DNA of 64,000 nucleotides from a virus. Lineage: Duplodnaviria > Caudoviricetes. Below, piece after piece: positions 47,002 through 55,622 of this stretch. The notes beneath the pieces were generated by a model. The model was not told the DNA's origin. It searched no databases and worked only from the letters and a program-made list of their open reading frames with translations. A program made the position numbers and the translations under genes. Where the stretch lies: positions 170,928-234,927 of IMG/VR virus record IMGVR_UViG_3300020576_005257. The stretch is one strand, 5' to 3'. The first letter of the stretch is position 1; every line of letters starts with the position of its first letter.

Positions 47002-47082
47002 GTGAGGGTACCTCAGCGGTCAGAGGACCATCTCCGTCAAACGAGAAGGAAGTCATAGGTTCGAATCCTATTCCTTGCACCA
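47002..47082 (+). tRNA. tRNA-like gene with extended 22-nt anticodon arm; identity undetermined
   Basis: GTGAGGG/TCCTTGC acceptor, CCTC/GAGG D-stem, ATAGG-TTCGAAT-CCTAT, ACCA. Confidence 0.75.
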
Positions 47083-47117
47083 ATCTCCTTGCTTTCCTTT
47101 TAAGGAATCAAAACGTC

Positions 47118-47516
47118 ATGCTACAACTTACAGCTCAGAATGTTGAAAATATCTTTCTTGATTGTTTGTTCAAGGAAAATGAACCAACCGATGGTTACAC
47201 CTTAGCTCAAGGTATCATGACTAATGTAGGATTCCATCCTGAAAGATTGAAGTCTCATCGTAATGAGATTGCTCAACTTTTCTCTCAACTACCTGACGAA
47301 TTCATGCATGATAAAGGAAAAGGAATGTCATTCCTTAATGCCTGTAATACTAAGGATGATGTCCAATGGGGAGAACACCAAGATATGGAACAATTGTTCC
47401 TACTTGGTTTAGCTTCTAACCTTGTAACTCAACCATTTCCACGAGAACAATGGCATATGCTTCCTGGTAACGTTCCATACTACGTTGTGGATATATCCAG
47501 TGAGCTTGTCTCTTAA
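47118..47516 (+). CDS. Phage hypothetical protein (start MLQLTA)
   Basis: AAGGA RBS; GMSFLNAC...QWGEH..MEQLF motif. Confidence 0.7.
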   Translation: MLQLTAQNVENIFLDCLFKENEPTDGYTLAQGIMTNVGFHPERLKSHRNEIAQLFSQLPDEFMHDKGKGMSFLNACNTKDDVQWGEHQDMEQLFLLGLASNLVTQPFPREQWHMLPGNVPYYVVDISSELVS

Positions 47517-47524
47517 CTAATTTT

Positions 47525-47599
47525 CAGGAGATAGCTCAGCGGTAGAGCAGCTCATTTCAATCGAGCGGGTCGGTGATTCGAATTCATCTCTCCTGACCA
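47525..47599 (+). tRNA. tRNA with UCA anticodon (candidate opal suppressor)
   Basis: CAGGAGA/TCTCCTG acceptor, GCTC/GAGC D-stem, GCTCA-TTTCAAT-CGAGC, GGTGA-TTCGAAT-TCATC, ACCA. Confidence 0.8.
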
Positions 47600-47605
47600 A
47601 TTTCA

Positions 47606-47948
47606 GACCACTACTAGTGTAATTGTGTCAGCAAGAACACTAGGTAAAGGATGTCTCTCACAAGGCAACCGAAATCACTGTGACTCAACCTGATAAGTTG
47701 ATGCTCACGGTGGCGGTCGCAGTTTAAAAATGTAGCCCAGCAGAAAGCTACTGATGGTTTCCTGTTCCACCCTAGTCGTAAAACAGGATACAATTTCTAG
47801 GTACTAAGTGGCCGCAAGCCATGATAAAGGATCGCAAGTCCTTTTGAAAAGCTTGGTTAAAATAACATCAATAAGGAAGGGCACATGCGTGGAGTTCCTG
47901 ACCAATCCGGAATGGTCCAGCCCTAAGCAGGAGTTGCTGTTAACCTAG
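47606..47948 (+). ncRNA. Two unidentified multibranch RNAs
   Basis: Closing stems AGACCA/TGGTTT and CTAGGT/ACCTAG, each after CAATTTC/CAATTT; GCAA and GAAA tetraloop hairpins. Confidence 0.45.
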
Positions 47949-47968
47949 ATCAAAAAATAGGAGCACCA

Positions 47969-48286
47969 ATGAACATCACAACTAACATTGAAGAACAGAT
48001 ATCTCGCATAATTCTGGAAGATGGACAATCTTCTCAATATGGTGTTCAGTATCTTAACTGTGATTCTGCTGAGACTCACACAAAAATGTTTAATAGCAAG
48101 GAAGAAGCTGTTAAAATCTTCTTGGCTTGTTCCGAATTATTAATGATCTGTTCCCCATCAGTGTTATCCAACAATGGGTTTATCTATGATCATCTTTTCC
48201 TTCTCAAAAAAGACTTCGTTAACCACAGGTTAACACCCATAGATGAGTTTCCAGATCTTAATAGAGATCTAAGTGAGCTAACTTGA
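47969..48286 (+). CDS. Hypothetical protein
   Basis: AGGAG RBS, 105 aa. Confidence 0.65.
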   Translation: MNITTNIEEQISRIILEDGQSSQYGVQYLNCDSAETHTKMFNSKEEAVKIFLACSELLMICSPSVLSNNGFIYDHLFLLKKDFVNHRLTPIDEFPDLNRDLSELT

Positions 48287-48291
48287 CAATT

Positions 48292-48451
48292 TCTAGCAGC
48301 CCTGTCAAGAAACGGGTATCTGACTATTTAGAAAACGTGACAACTTCTTGGTAGCTCCTTGAAGCTCTAAACCGACTACTAGATAGTATTTACTATGTAA
48401 GTGATCATAGCATAGTAGGTTGTTGGTTCGAATCCAACCAGGGTTGCTAGA
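48292..48451 (+). ncRNA. tRNA-mimic RNA (long terminal stem plus T-arm)
   Basis: TCTAGCAGCCCTG/CAGGGTTGCTAGA 13-bp stem stacked next to GTTGG-TTCGAAT-CCAAC. Confidence 0.65.
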
Positions 48452-48567
48452 CTCCGTAAACCCGTAAAGGGTTCTGACGAAGACGAATGGTAAGGTTGTA
48501 CAGCCTCTGGTAGTCGAATAGTGGTGGGTTCTGGGACTACGACAGCACCAATCGGAGACTTAAAACT

Positions 48568-48879
48568 ATGAAACAATTCTTGAAAATTCAAACTCAGTTT
48601 GGTGAACTGATAGTTCATGAAAATGAAAATGGCTTAGATATACATCTTCCAAAATGTATTCTTACAGAAGAATCTAAGCTCATGACTATTTCAATTCCAC
48701 AATGTGATGTACCAGGGATTCAAAGCAATTACCAACTTTCTCTATATCACTTCTCTGAACATGAGAAACAAGAAGCAATATCTTTAGCCAATTTCCCGGA
48801 AGGGAAACCCAGTCACCATGTCATGGTGACTGGGTTAAAATTTGATAGAACATTAAAGCCGCCTGAGGCAGGATCCTAG
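48568..48879 (+). CDS. Hypothetical protein
   Basis: GGAG RBS, 103 aa. Confidence 0.6.
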   Translation: MKQFLKIQTQFGELIVHENENGLDIHLPKCILTEESKLMTISIPQCDVPGIQSNYQLSLYHFSEHEKQEAISLANFPEGKPSHHVMVTGLKFDRTLKPPEAGS

Positions 48880-48887
48880 GTGAGAAA

Positions 48888-49247
48888 GTGAAATATCTTT
48901 CACCTGCTGTGGCGGCTCTAAGAAAGTTTGAGGTAAGATCTATGATAACAGCAAACGAAGCAAGAAACCAGAATCCAAAATATGAGGTAAATCCTGAGTT
49001 GTTTAAGATTGCTACTCTTCCTGCTGAATTCATTTCTCTTATTGAGGCAATTATTCAACTAGAGATAGATAAGAATCCTACTTACCCCGAAGTTGTGTTT
49101 AACTGTGAAGATACTAAGATGATGTACAATGATTGTGGCATACAGAAGTTTAGCCATATAGGAAAACATGTACATGAGATTCTTACTAATAATGGTTACA
49201 TTGTTGACATGATAGAACATCAACATAAACTAATTGTGAGATGGTAA
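48888..49247 (+). CDS. Hypothetical protein
   Basis: ITANEAR...LTNNGYIV...LIVRW pattern common in small phage proteins. Confidence 0.6.
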   Translation: MKYLSPAVAALRKFEVRSMITANEARNQNPKYEVNPELFKIATLPAEFISLIEAIIQLEIDKNPTYPEVVFNCEDTKMMYNDCGIQKFSHIGKHVHEILTNNGYIVDMIEHQHKLIVRW

Positions 49248-49755
49248 GTTAATCCAATTTGAGTCTTCGGACTCAGAACTTCCCAAACTAGTGCAAGTCA
49301 GATGTTGGGCAAGGTTTATTGACTTGCTAAAGTGTAGGTGTATAAAGAAACTTACGGTGATGAAATCTACTTTAACCGTTTAACCAGGACGAAAGTATCC
49401 ACGTTGTGGAAAACTTAATAGTATTAAAAGAAATAAGAAACCTTCTTAACAATTTTGCTTGGGAAAATGAGGTGGATCCCTCCTCTAAAGTTCGCACAAG
49501 ACATCAGTAAAGGTACCCTAGATTACTGATTGAGTGAGTGGTTGGAAGTTGAGAAACAATATGATAGCTACATGTCTCATATTAATCTCCACTGTCATCG
49601 GACAATGCAATCAGGGCAGTTGATTGTCATAACCAAGCATTACAATTTAGAGCAACTAGTGGGAGTTATCCTAGGTAAAAAGGGAAAAGTACTTGTTGCT
49701 ATCCTGTCTTCTGCTGGTTGCTTTAAAACAATTTCAATAAACAGGAAAGAGTCTC

Positions 49756-50430
49756 ATGGTAAAACAGGTAGCAAACATTGAATTTCCCGAGTTCTCAGGC
49801 ATTAGGTGCTTGATGATGCCTTACATCCAAGGTGATGTTACTTCATTACCAAAAGAATACAAACCTTATTTTTCTATCTTAGAATTACTAATTCTGGAAG
49901 AAGGGAAGATTGGCTTCCTTACCATTGATGAATCTCCAGTTAAAGCAGGACTTCCTCATAGAGGAACAAGAGCTAAGTATGATAGAGCACTTCATACAGA
50001 AGTTGGTAGAAACTCTTTAAAGGCTTACCGATGGGGTGATGGTGGCTCATGGGGAGACAGCAAACCCGAACCAGGTGGCAGATGGGGTGGAGATACTGGT
50101 GGTAGATGGGGAAGTAGTAATGAAGTTGAACTTGATTACGATGTTCAAATTCTCTTAGCTAATAACCTTAATTTAAGCTGTGCTATTTGGGATACTGAAC
50201 ACCCTAACACAACTTCAGATGGAGATCTAGGAGAGTTTAGTCATCTTTACCCATATGAAGAGGCTATTTTTACCAAGTCTGGTGAGGTATGGCAAATTGG
50301 AATCCTTACTCCTCATGAGAGTATTCCAGTTAAGGAAGACTTTAATCGACAATTCATCAGAATTATTTCCTCTGGTGTTCATGGTAGAGAACCTTACTTT
50401 ACTGAGAATCCCTTGGTACCTTACAACTAA
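49756..50430 (+). CDS. Probable 2OG-Fe(II) dioxygenase-like protein
   Basis: LHTE...PHES.P...RQFIR triad spacing; GGxWG repeats inserted. Confidence 0.6.
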   Translation: MVKQVANIEFPEFSGIRCLMMPYIQGDVTSLPKEYKPYFSILELLILEEGKIGFLTIDESPVKAGLPHRGTRAKYDRALHTEVGRNSLKAYRWGDGGSWGDSKPEPGGRWGGDTGGRWGSSNEVELDYDVQILLANNLNLSCAIWDTEHPNTTSDGDLGEFSHLYPYEEAIFTKSGEVWQIGILTPHESIPVKEDFNRQFIRIISSGVHGREPYFTENPLVPYN

Positions 50431-50438
50431 ACCGCATC

Positions 50439-50627
50439 ATGAAACAAACCTTTCTCAATTACATTCTTCCATGTTTGTTGTTTTGTATTATTACTACTAT
50501 TGTAGTAATGCAGTTTAATCAAATAGTTGCAACTGGAAAAGCTAATGGACAACTAGCCTTGCTTGGTGTTGTTCTCTGCATTTCTTACAAGCTTATTCAC
50601 AATCGTCTTGACTTAACATGGAGATAA
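50439..50627 (+). CDS. Small two-TM protein
   Basis: 62 aa hydrophobic. Confidence 0.55.
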   Translation: MKQTFLNYILPCLLFCIITTIVVMQFNQIVATGKANGQLALLGVVLCISYKLIHNRLDLTWR

Positions 50628-50633
50628 TAATAC

Positions 50634-50969
50634 ATGCCACAAGAACTCAAAATAGAAGTACTCTCACCAAGCGAAATCCAACTTGATTCTAACATGTTCT
50701 GTGGTAGTGATTTTGGTAAGTCTGAATTTGAGCAAATGGCTTACAACCTTGTAGTAATCTTTAGAAACAACCAAGATTTCTGGTTTCCTTTTACCTATGA
50801 TCAATATGCTTTTATGGTTAACCACAAGATTCCAGATACTCCTGGACATTCCAAAGACCGACGGATTTTGGATGAGATGGTAGATAATGGTTTCCTCACT
50901 CTTGATAAAAGTGAGTATGAGTGTACCCAAAAGTTTCACAATGCTTTGAGAAAGTACGCAATTAAGTAG
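50634..50969 (+). CDS. Hypothetical, winged-helix-like
   Basis: LDEMVDNGFL...YECTQKF. Confidence 0.55.
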   Translation: MPQELKIEVLSPSEIQLDSNMFCGSDFGKSEFEQMAYNLVVIFRNNQDFWFPFTYDQYAFMVNHKIPDTPGHSKDRRILDEMVDNGFLTLDKSEYECTQKFHNALRKYAIK

Positions 50970-50973
50970 ACTT

Positions 50974-51219
50974 ATGACTGTACAAGAACTAAGAGTTGGA
51001 GACTATATACAACTTGGCACAGTTAAAGTCAGAGTTTTAACTAGACCTAACACTGATAAGAATGGTTCAGTGTTAGTAACTGTCAATGACCCCATAGTTC
51101 CAGTTTGGTGTATCTCTTGGAAAACTTTGAATGCTGGTAAAAAGTTCAGATCTGATCTCTCAGTATTTAGAAAAGGAAGATTACTACACCCAGTAATCAA
51201 ATCAAAAACAGGTAAGTAA
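50974..51219 (+). CDS. Small SH3-like protein
   Basis: ELRVGDYIQ motif. Confidence 0.55.
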   Translation: MTVQELRVGDYIQLGTVKVRVLTRPNTDKNGSVLVTVNDPIVPVWCISWKTLNAGKKFRSDLSVFRKGRLLHPVIKSKTGK

Positions 51220-51222
51220 AGT

Positions 51223-51540
51223 ATGGGAATGTTAACTGTTGTTGTTATTCATCACGACTACGTAAATCAGATTGAAACAGATCCATCTGAGTTTACTTCT
51301 GAGTTGCTAAATGCAATTAGATCTAATACTCAACATCCTCTTGATCTTCCTAGTTTTTCGGGTGCCTTCATCATGCCTTGCCACCATTCACAGGATAGTG
51401 TGCTTTATTTGATGGCTGGTAACACTTTGGTTGAGTGTCATTCTGGTCTTCTTAGAGATACTAATAACTTTCAAAAGTTTTTCAAATCAGCTTTGGAAGC
51501 TATGGGTATTACTTGGAGACCCAAATGGGCTAAAAAATAA
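51223..51540 (+). CDS. Hypothetical phage protein
   Basis: MGMLTVVVIHHD...CHHSQD. Confidence 0.6.
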   Translation: MGMLTVVVIHHDYVNQIETDPSEFTSELLNAIRSNTQHPLDLPSFSGAFIMPCHHSQDSVLYLMAGNTLVECHSGLLRDTNNFQKFFKSALEAMGITWRPKWAKK

Positions 51541-51547
51541 AACAATT

Positions 51548-51845
51548 TCTTGGGCAGTTCTTGAAGAATACTTCACGATAAAAGCCCTAAACTTACTGGT
51601 ATTCCAGTAAGGCAGTCAAGCAGAAAAGCTATCTTTATTCGAGCTGGGTCAGGCCAGCAGGATAGTGCTACTACGTTCGCAAGACAGGTAGATCTGACGA
51701 AGCAAGTTGGTTGACAGGGTAGGACTATCTAGCACTTTTAAGTGACTATATAAAGAGCCGACCACACTCCTGTTTAACTATGTATCCCTACAGTAGAAAG
51801 TGTGGATAAGAGGAGTAATTACCCTTTCAACGGATGGCTCTAAAC
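51548..51845 (+). ncRNA. Possible structured RNA(s)
   Basis: Non-coding, starts after CAATTT, stems GGGC/GCCC, CTTACTGG/CCAGTAAG, GAGCC/GGCTC. Confidence 0.35.
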
Positions 51846-51852
51846 AATTTTT

Positions 51853-52260
51853 GTGAGACCCATAAACATGTCTAATGTAAGTAAATACGAATGGAGCAGA
51901 CAGGAACAAGCTAGATATAATCTTGCACAAGAAGTCAACGAAGCTGCCAAACGTGGATGCTTTACGAAAGGTACAGAAGAGTATCGAGCACTTGTAGCTC
52001 CTTGTATGCAATCTATACCTGAAGGCTTACATCACCTATGGTTTTCACCTACTCACCAAGAACATCTTCATGATTGTGATGCTTGGGAAGGTCATCCTTA
52101 TCATGAAGTTATTTACCAACTGGAGGATGGTAGTTTGGTTGCCATTACTGAAGCCACTAAACCAGGTGTTCCGCCCTCTGTACCAAAGACTGATTTAAAG
52201 TATCTTGGTGCAGGGAAGTTTCATTCTATGAAGAATCTAGGAGTGAGACAGACCTTGTAA
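51853..52260 (+). CDS. Hypothetical protein
   Basis: 135-aa ORF. Confidence 0.6.
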   Translation: MRPINMSNVSKYEWSRQEQARYNLAQEVNEAAKRGCFTKGTEEYRALVAPCMQSIPEGLHHLWFSPTHQEHLHDCDAWEGHPYHEVIYQLEDGSLVAITEATKPGVPPSVPKTDLKYLGAGKFHSMKNLGVRQTL

Positions 52261-52295
52261 AAAACTATTGACTTAAAAAATCAATAGTTTTTTTT
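52259..52295. terminator. Bidirectional terminator-like hairpin
   Basis: AAAAAACTATTGA...TCAATAGTTTTTTTT. Confidence 0.6.
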
Positions 52296-52353
52296 AACCT
52301 TAGACAACTAATTACATAGTTTAATAGCATCCAATATCAACTATGGGAGTAAC

Positions 52354-52710
52354 ATGAATACACTTCAACAACCACAAACTCAGGAATACAACTTTCGAGA
52401 TCTTTTAGAGTCTACTGTAATCAAATATGGTATTGATTCTGAAATTGTTTCTAAAACTCCTAGCTTGCAATTAATAAACTTACTGGAAAAGTTTAATCCT
52501 TCTAAGTTTCAAACTATTAACACAGTGATTTGTGAGTTTTTGTCTGAACTTGAAATCTTTGATGTTTTAGAATTCTCTGAAACTGTTTGGGTGAGAAAAG
52601 ATTCTAAAGGTTTTTACCTGAACTATAAACAAGGATATATTCACTTTCTTGATGAAAAGATTGGTAAGCTTGCTTACTTACTAAAAGAGGAGTTTCTAGC
52701 TTCACAATGA
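52354..52710 (+). CDS. Hypothetical protein
   Basis: GGGAG RBS, 118 aa. Confidence 0.6.
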   Translation: MNTLQQPQTQEYNFRDLLESTVIKYGIDSEIVSKTPSLQLINLLEKFNPSKFQTINTVICEFLSELEIFDVLEFSETVWVRKDSKGFYLNYKQGYIHFLDEKIGKLAYLLKEEFLASQ

Positions 52711-53483
52711 GCAGATTAGCAGCTATAGGTGATATTCATGGAGACCATGATAGATTCTTAGAACTTTTAGTTCAACACAACTTTACTACTACCAATGGTA
52801 ATTGGATTGCTGGAAGCGATACTCTTGTTTGTACTGGTGATTTGACTGATAGAGGTACTCAAGACCTTGAAGTTTTAAGACTTTGTGAGGACCTACAAAT
52901 TCAGGCCCAACAAGCAGGTGGTGATTTCATATCACTTATGGGTAATCATGATGCCATGTTTATTTCTATTGCTTTGGACTATTCAAACAAAACGGTACCT
53001 AGCACTGGTAATAGTTACTTTTTTAGAATTAATGGTGGTAATCAGCAAGCAGCTGAAAATTGTCCTAACCACCTTCTTAAATGGTTACAAGATAGACCAG
53101 CCATGGTTAAGATAGGAAACACTCTCTTCCAGCATTGTGACAGTGCTAGATTGTATTTACAACTAGGTGGAGATATTGAGATAGTTAATAACTATTTTAA
53201 GATAGCTTCCACTAAATCAGACTCAGCCTGGGATCTTTTTGAAATTATGACTGATGGAAGACTCTGGGGTTATGGTAGTAGACAAATACCAGATTATCTC
53301 CCATCACTCGACAATTATTTTGAAGAAATGGCTTGTGATATAATTGTTCATGGTCATACTAGACATAAACTACCTAATGCTTTAACTTACTACAACGGTA
53401 AAATCATTAACGTTGATGGTAGTCTTAGTAATGGTTATGGAAATAATCCTGATAGGGGTTTTATTCATTTTCTAGACAACTAA
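52707..53483 (+). CDS. Calcineurin-like metallophosphoesterase (Shewanella-like phosphatase type)
   Basis: GDIHGD, GDLTDRG, GNHD, HGHT, INVDG. Confidence 0.92.
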   Translation: MSRLAAIGDIHGDHDRFLELLVQHNFTTTNGNWIAGSDTLVCTGDLTDRGTQDLEVLRLCEDLQIQAQQAGGDFISLMGNHDAMFISIALDYSNKTVPSTGNSYFFRINGGNQQAAENCPNHLLKWLQDRPAMVKIGNTLFQHCDSARLYLQLGGDIEIVNNYFKIASTKSDSAWDLFEIMTDGRLWGYGSRQIPDYLPSLDNYFEEMACDIIVHGHTRHKLPNALTYYNGKIINVDGSLSNGYGNNPDRGFIHFLDN

Positions 53484-53611
53484 AAACCATTTGTGGGTAT
53501 GTTAAATTCCAAGTTTCTCTCAGCCTTCTCTTGGTTTGGTTTTCTAACCATCTCTCTTAGCGTACTGTGGATTTGTTTACAAGTAGCCACAACTTTCATC
53601 CAGGACTTAAA

Positions 53612-54049
53612 ATGATTGAAATTAAAGGCAATATCTTTGACATTGAAGCTGATGCTATTTGTGTGACAACTAATGGTCTCACAAATACCAAAGGTGAACT
53701 TATAATGGGTAAAGGTTTAGCCTTACAATTTAAGGAGAGGTTTCCTTATCTTCCATACTACTTTGGTAGAAATGTCTTGGAACATGGTAACCAGGTTTTC
53801 TATATTAAACATTTTTCTGATCCAACGATTTTTTCTTTTCCTACTAAGCATCATTGGAGAAATCCTTCTGACATTAATTTGATTAAGCAATCTGCAATAC
53901 AACTTGCTAATCATGTTACTTTGTTAAAGTTAAAGAAGGTCTTACTTACAAGACCAGGAACTGGGTTAGGTGGATTGCTATGGGAACAAGTCAAACCAGT
54001 AATTGAGTCTATACTGGATGATAGATTCTATATTGTTTCACCGGAGTAA
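53612..54049 (+). CDS. Macrodomain protein (DarG/Poa1p-like)
   Basis: KGNIF, TTN..MGKGLALQFKERFP, FPTKHHW, PGTGLGGLLWEQV. Confidence 0.9.
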   Translation: MIEIKGNIFDIEADAICVTTNGLTNTKGELIMGKGLALQFKERFPYLPYYFGRNVLEHGNQVFYIKHFSDPTIFSFPTKHHWRNPSDINLIKQSAIQLANHVTLLKLKKVLLTRPGTGLGGLLWEQVKPVIESILDDRFYIVSPE

Positions 54050-54055
54050 TTAATA

Positions 54056-54331
54056 ATGCCTAAACCTGCAATTGGAACACCTGAAAGAGCTAGATTACAT
54101 TTGAGAGAAAGTAATGTTTACCGCTTTACTGAGCAATTAACTCAACAAGGATTTATCTCAGCCGATAATCTTTCTGACTATCACGCTATTGAGTTTATGA
54201 TCTTTAAAGGAATAGTTCTTCCTGGTGAAATCTTTCATCCGTCATTAAGAGGATATTACTTGCCTTTTTCTCTTAATCCAAACATATCTCAAATTCCACA
54301 TCAATTAGTAGCTAGGAAAAATTTATCATGA
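54056..54331 (+). CDS. Hypothetical protein
   Basis: 91 aa, coupled to alkB. Confidence 0.55.
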   Translation: MPKPAIGTPERARLHLRESNVYRFTEQLTQQGFISADNLSDYHAIEFMIFKGIVLPGEIFHPSLRGYYLPFSLNPNISQIPHQLVARKNLS

Positions 54332-54945
54332 TTAAGGTTGTTGAAAGATTGACTATTAAAGATCAAATAGCACTCTTCAACTCTTTAAAACCTGTCACTA
54401 AATTAGCTCCTTTCTTTGATAAGTTTCTTCCTCGCTCTGGTGCTAGATTTAATTATAGGTGTACTAGTGCTGGAAAATACGGATGGTACAGTGATAAAGA
54501 TGGTGGATACAGATATGAAACTAAACATCCCCATAATCATACTCCCTTTCCAGAAATACCAATAGAAGTACTGGAAATAGTTGAAAGATGTAAAGTAATT
54601 ACAGGTGAAACAACTTTTGTCGCAGAAACCTGTTTGATTAACATCTATAATGAAACTTCTAGTCTAGGCATTCATCAAGATAATACTGAAAGTAATCTTG
54701 AACCTATGATTATTTCAATCTCTCTTGGAGAAGATGTAGTCTTTCATCATTGTCATTCTTCAGCTGGTAGGTATGGAACTAAAGAGAAACTACTCCTTAA
54801 ATCAGGAGATGTATTAATCTTTTCAGAAGATGATAGAATGTGTTTTCATGGTGTTCCTGAACCACCTATTAAAGGAACTATGCCAAACAACTTTCCACTT
54901 AAACCAGGCTATAGGATTAACCTTACAATCAGACAGGTAAATTAA
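54328..54945 (+). CDS. alkB: AlkB-family dioxygenase
   Basis: GWYSDKDGGYRY..HP, CLINIY, LGIHQD, SISLG, FHGV, RINLTIR. Confidence 0.92.
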   Translation: MIKVVERLTIKDQIALFNSLKPVTKLAPFFDKFLPRSGARFNYRCTSAGKYGWYSDKDGGYRYETKHPHNHTPFPEIPIEVLEIVERCKVITGETTFVAETCLINIYNETSSLGIHQDNTESNLEPMIISISLGEDVVFHHCHSSAGRYGTKEKLLLKSGDVLIFSEDDRMCFHGVPEPPIKGTMPNNFPLKPGYRINLTIRQVN

Positions 54946-55295
54946 TGGATAAATTTGTAACTATTGAAGAACTTCTAAAACAAGTTGCTGATATTCCTAG
55001 TGATTATCAAATTTGTTTTTGTGTTCATAAAAATCCAAATCCTCTTGATCAGTATGATACTAAAACTAGAGATGCATTTATTGGTATTTGTCAAACATAC
55101 AATGTTAATAATTTCCGTATGGGAATACCTATGAGTTATGTTAAGGATATCCCCTTTTCACCTTGGCAATTAGAACTAGATTACTTACCTATCGACCTTC
55201 TAATTGGTAATTTACCAGCAATTTCTTTTTATAGATACCTTCCTGAGTCTATGAAAGATTGGTTAGATTTAAATGGTGCTTCTCATGCCCTATAA
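54945..55295 (+). CDS. Hypothetical protein
   Basis: Coupled ORF. Confidence 0.55.
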   Translation: MDKFVTIEELLKQVADIPSDYQICFCVHKNPNPLDQYDTKTRDAFIGICQTYNVNNFRMGIPMSYVKDIPFSPWQLELDYLPIDLLIGNLPAISFYRYLPESMKDWLDLNGASHAL

Positions 55296-55605
55296 AAAAC
55301 TGTCAGAACAAAATGTTCATCCCAAAAACTATGGGCTATCTAAAGCTTTAATCAATAAGGGATTTATTTGGCATCCTTGTAGAGAAACTAATAAATGGTA
55401 TCTTATAGATGAAAGTAATCTTCCTGGTTATCTTAGAAACTATGTGGCAACCATTGAAGTTAAAGCTGATCCAGGTAATATGTTTACCTATGCTATTTGG
55501 TTTGAATTAACCATTGGTAACCGTTTCTATAAGGGTCTTATCAGAACCTTCCCTTGTCAAACAATTGAAGAAGCTTATGAGAAAGCTAACGCTGAATTAG
55601 TGTAA
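55273..55605 (+). CDS. Hypothetical protein
   Basis: Coupled ORF. Confidence 0.55.
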   Translation: MVLLMPYKKLSEQNVHPKNYGLSKALINKGFIWHPCRETNKWYLIDESNLPGYLRNYVATIEVKADPGNMFTYAIWFELTIGNRFYKGLIRTFPCQTIEEAYEKANAELV

Positions 55606-55622
55606 ACATCTAGGTAAAAAAA

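Noticed and set aside
46950-47117. N-terminal extension of ORF 46950..47516
   Set aside because: Overlaps the tRNA-like gene; a better start with RBS exists at 47118
47525-47599. tRNA-Sec assignment for the UCA tRNA
   Set aside because: No long variable arm, 7-bp acceptor, 4-bp D-stem
48292-48451. tmRNA
   Set aside because: Too short, no CCA end and no tag ORF evident
48474-48490. Hammerhead ribozyme at CTGACGA (also near 51694)
   Set aside because: Could not find the required stem II-GAAA and cleavage-site arrangement
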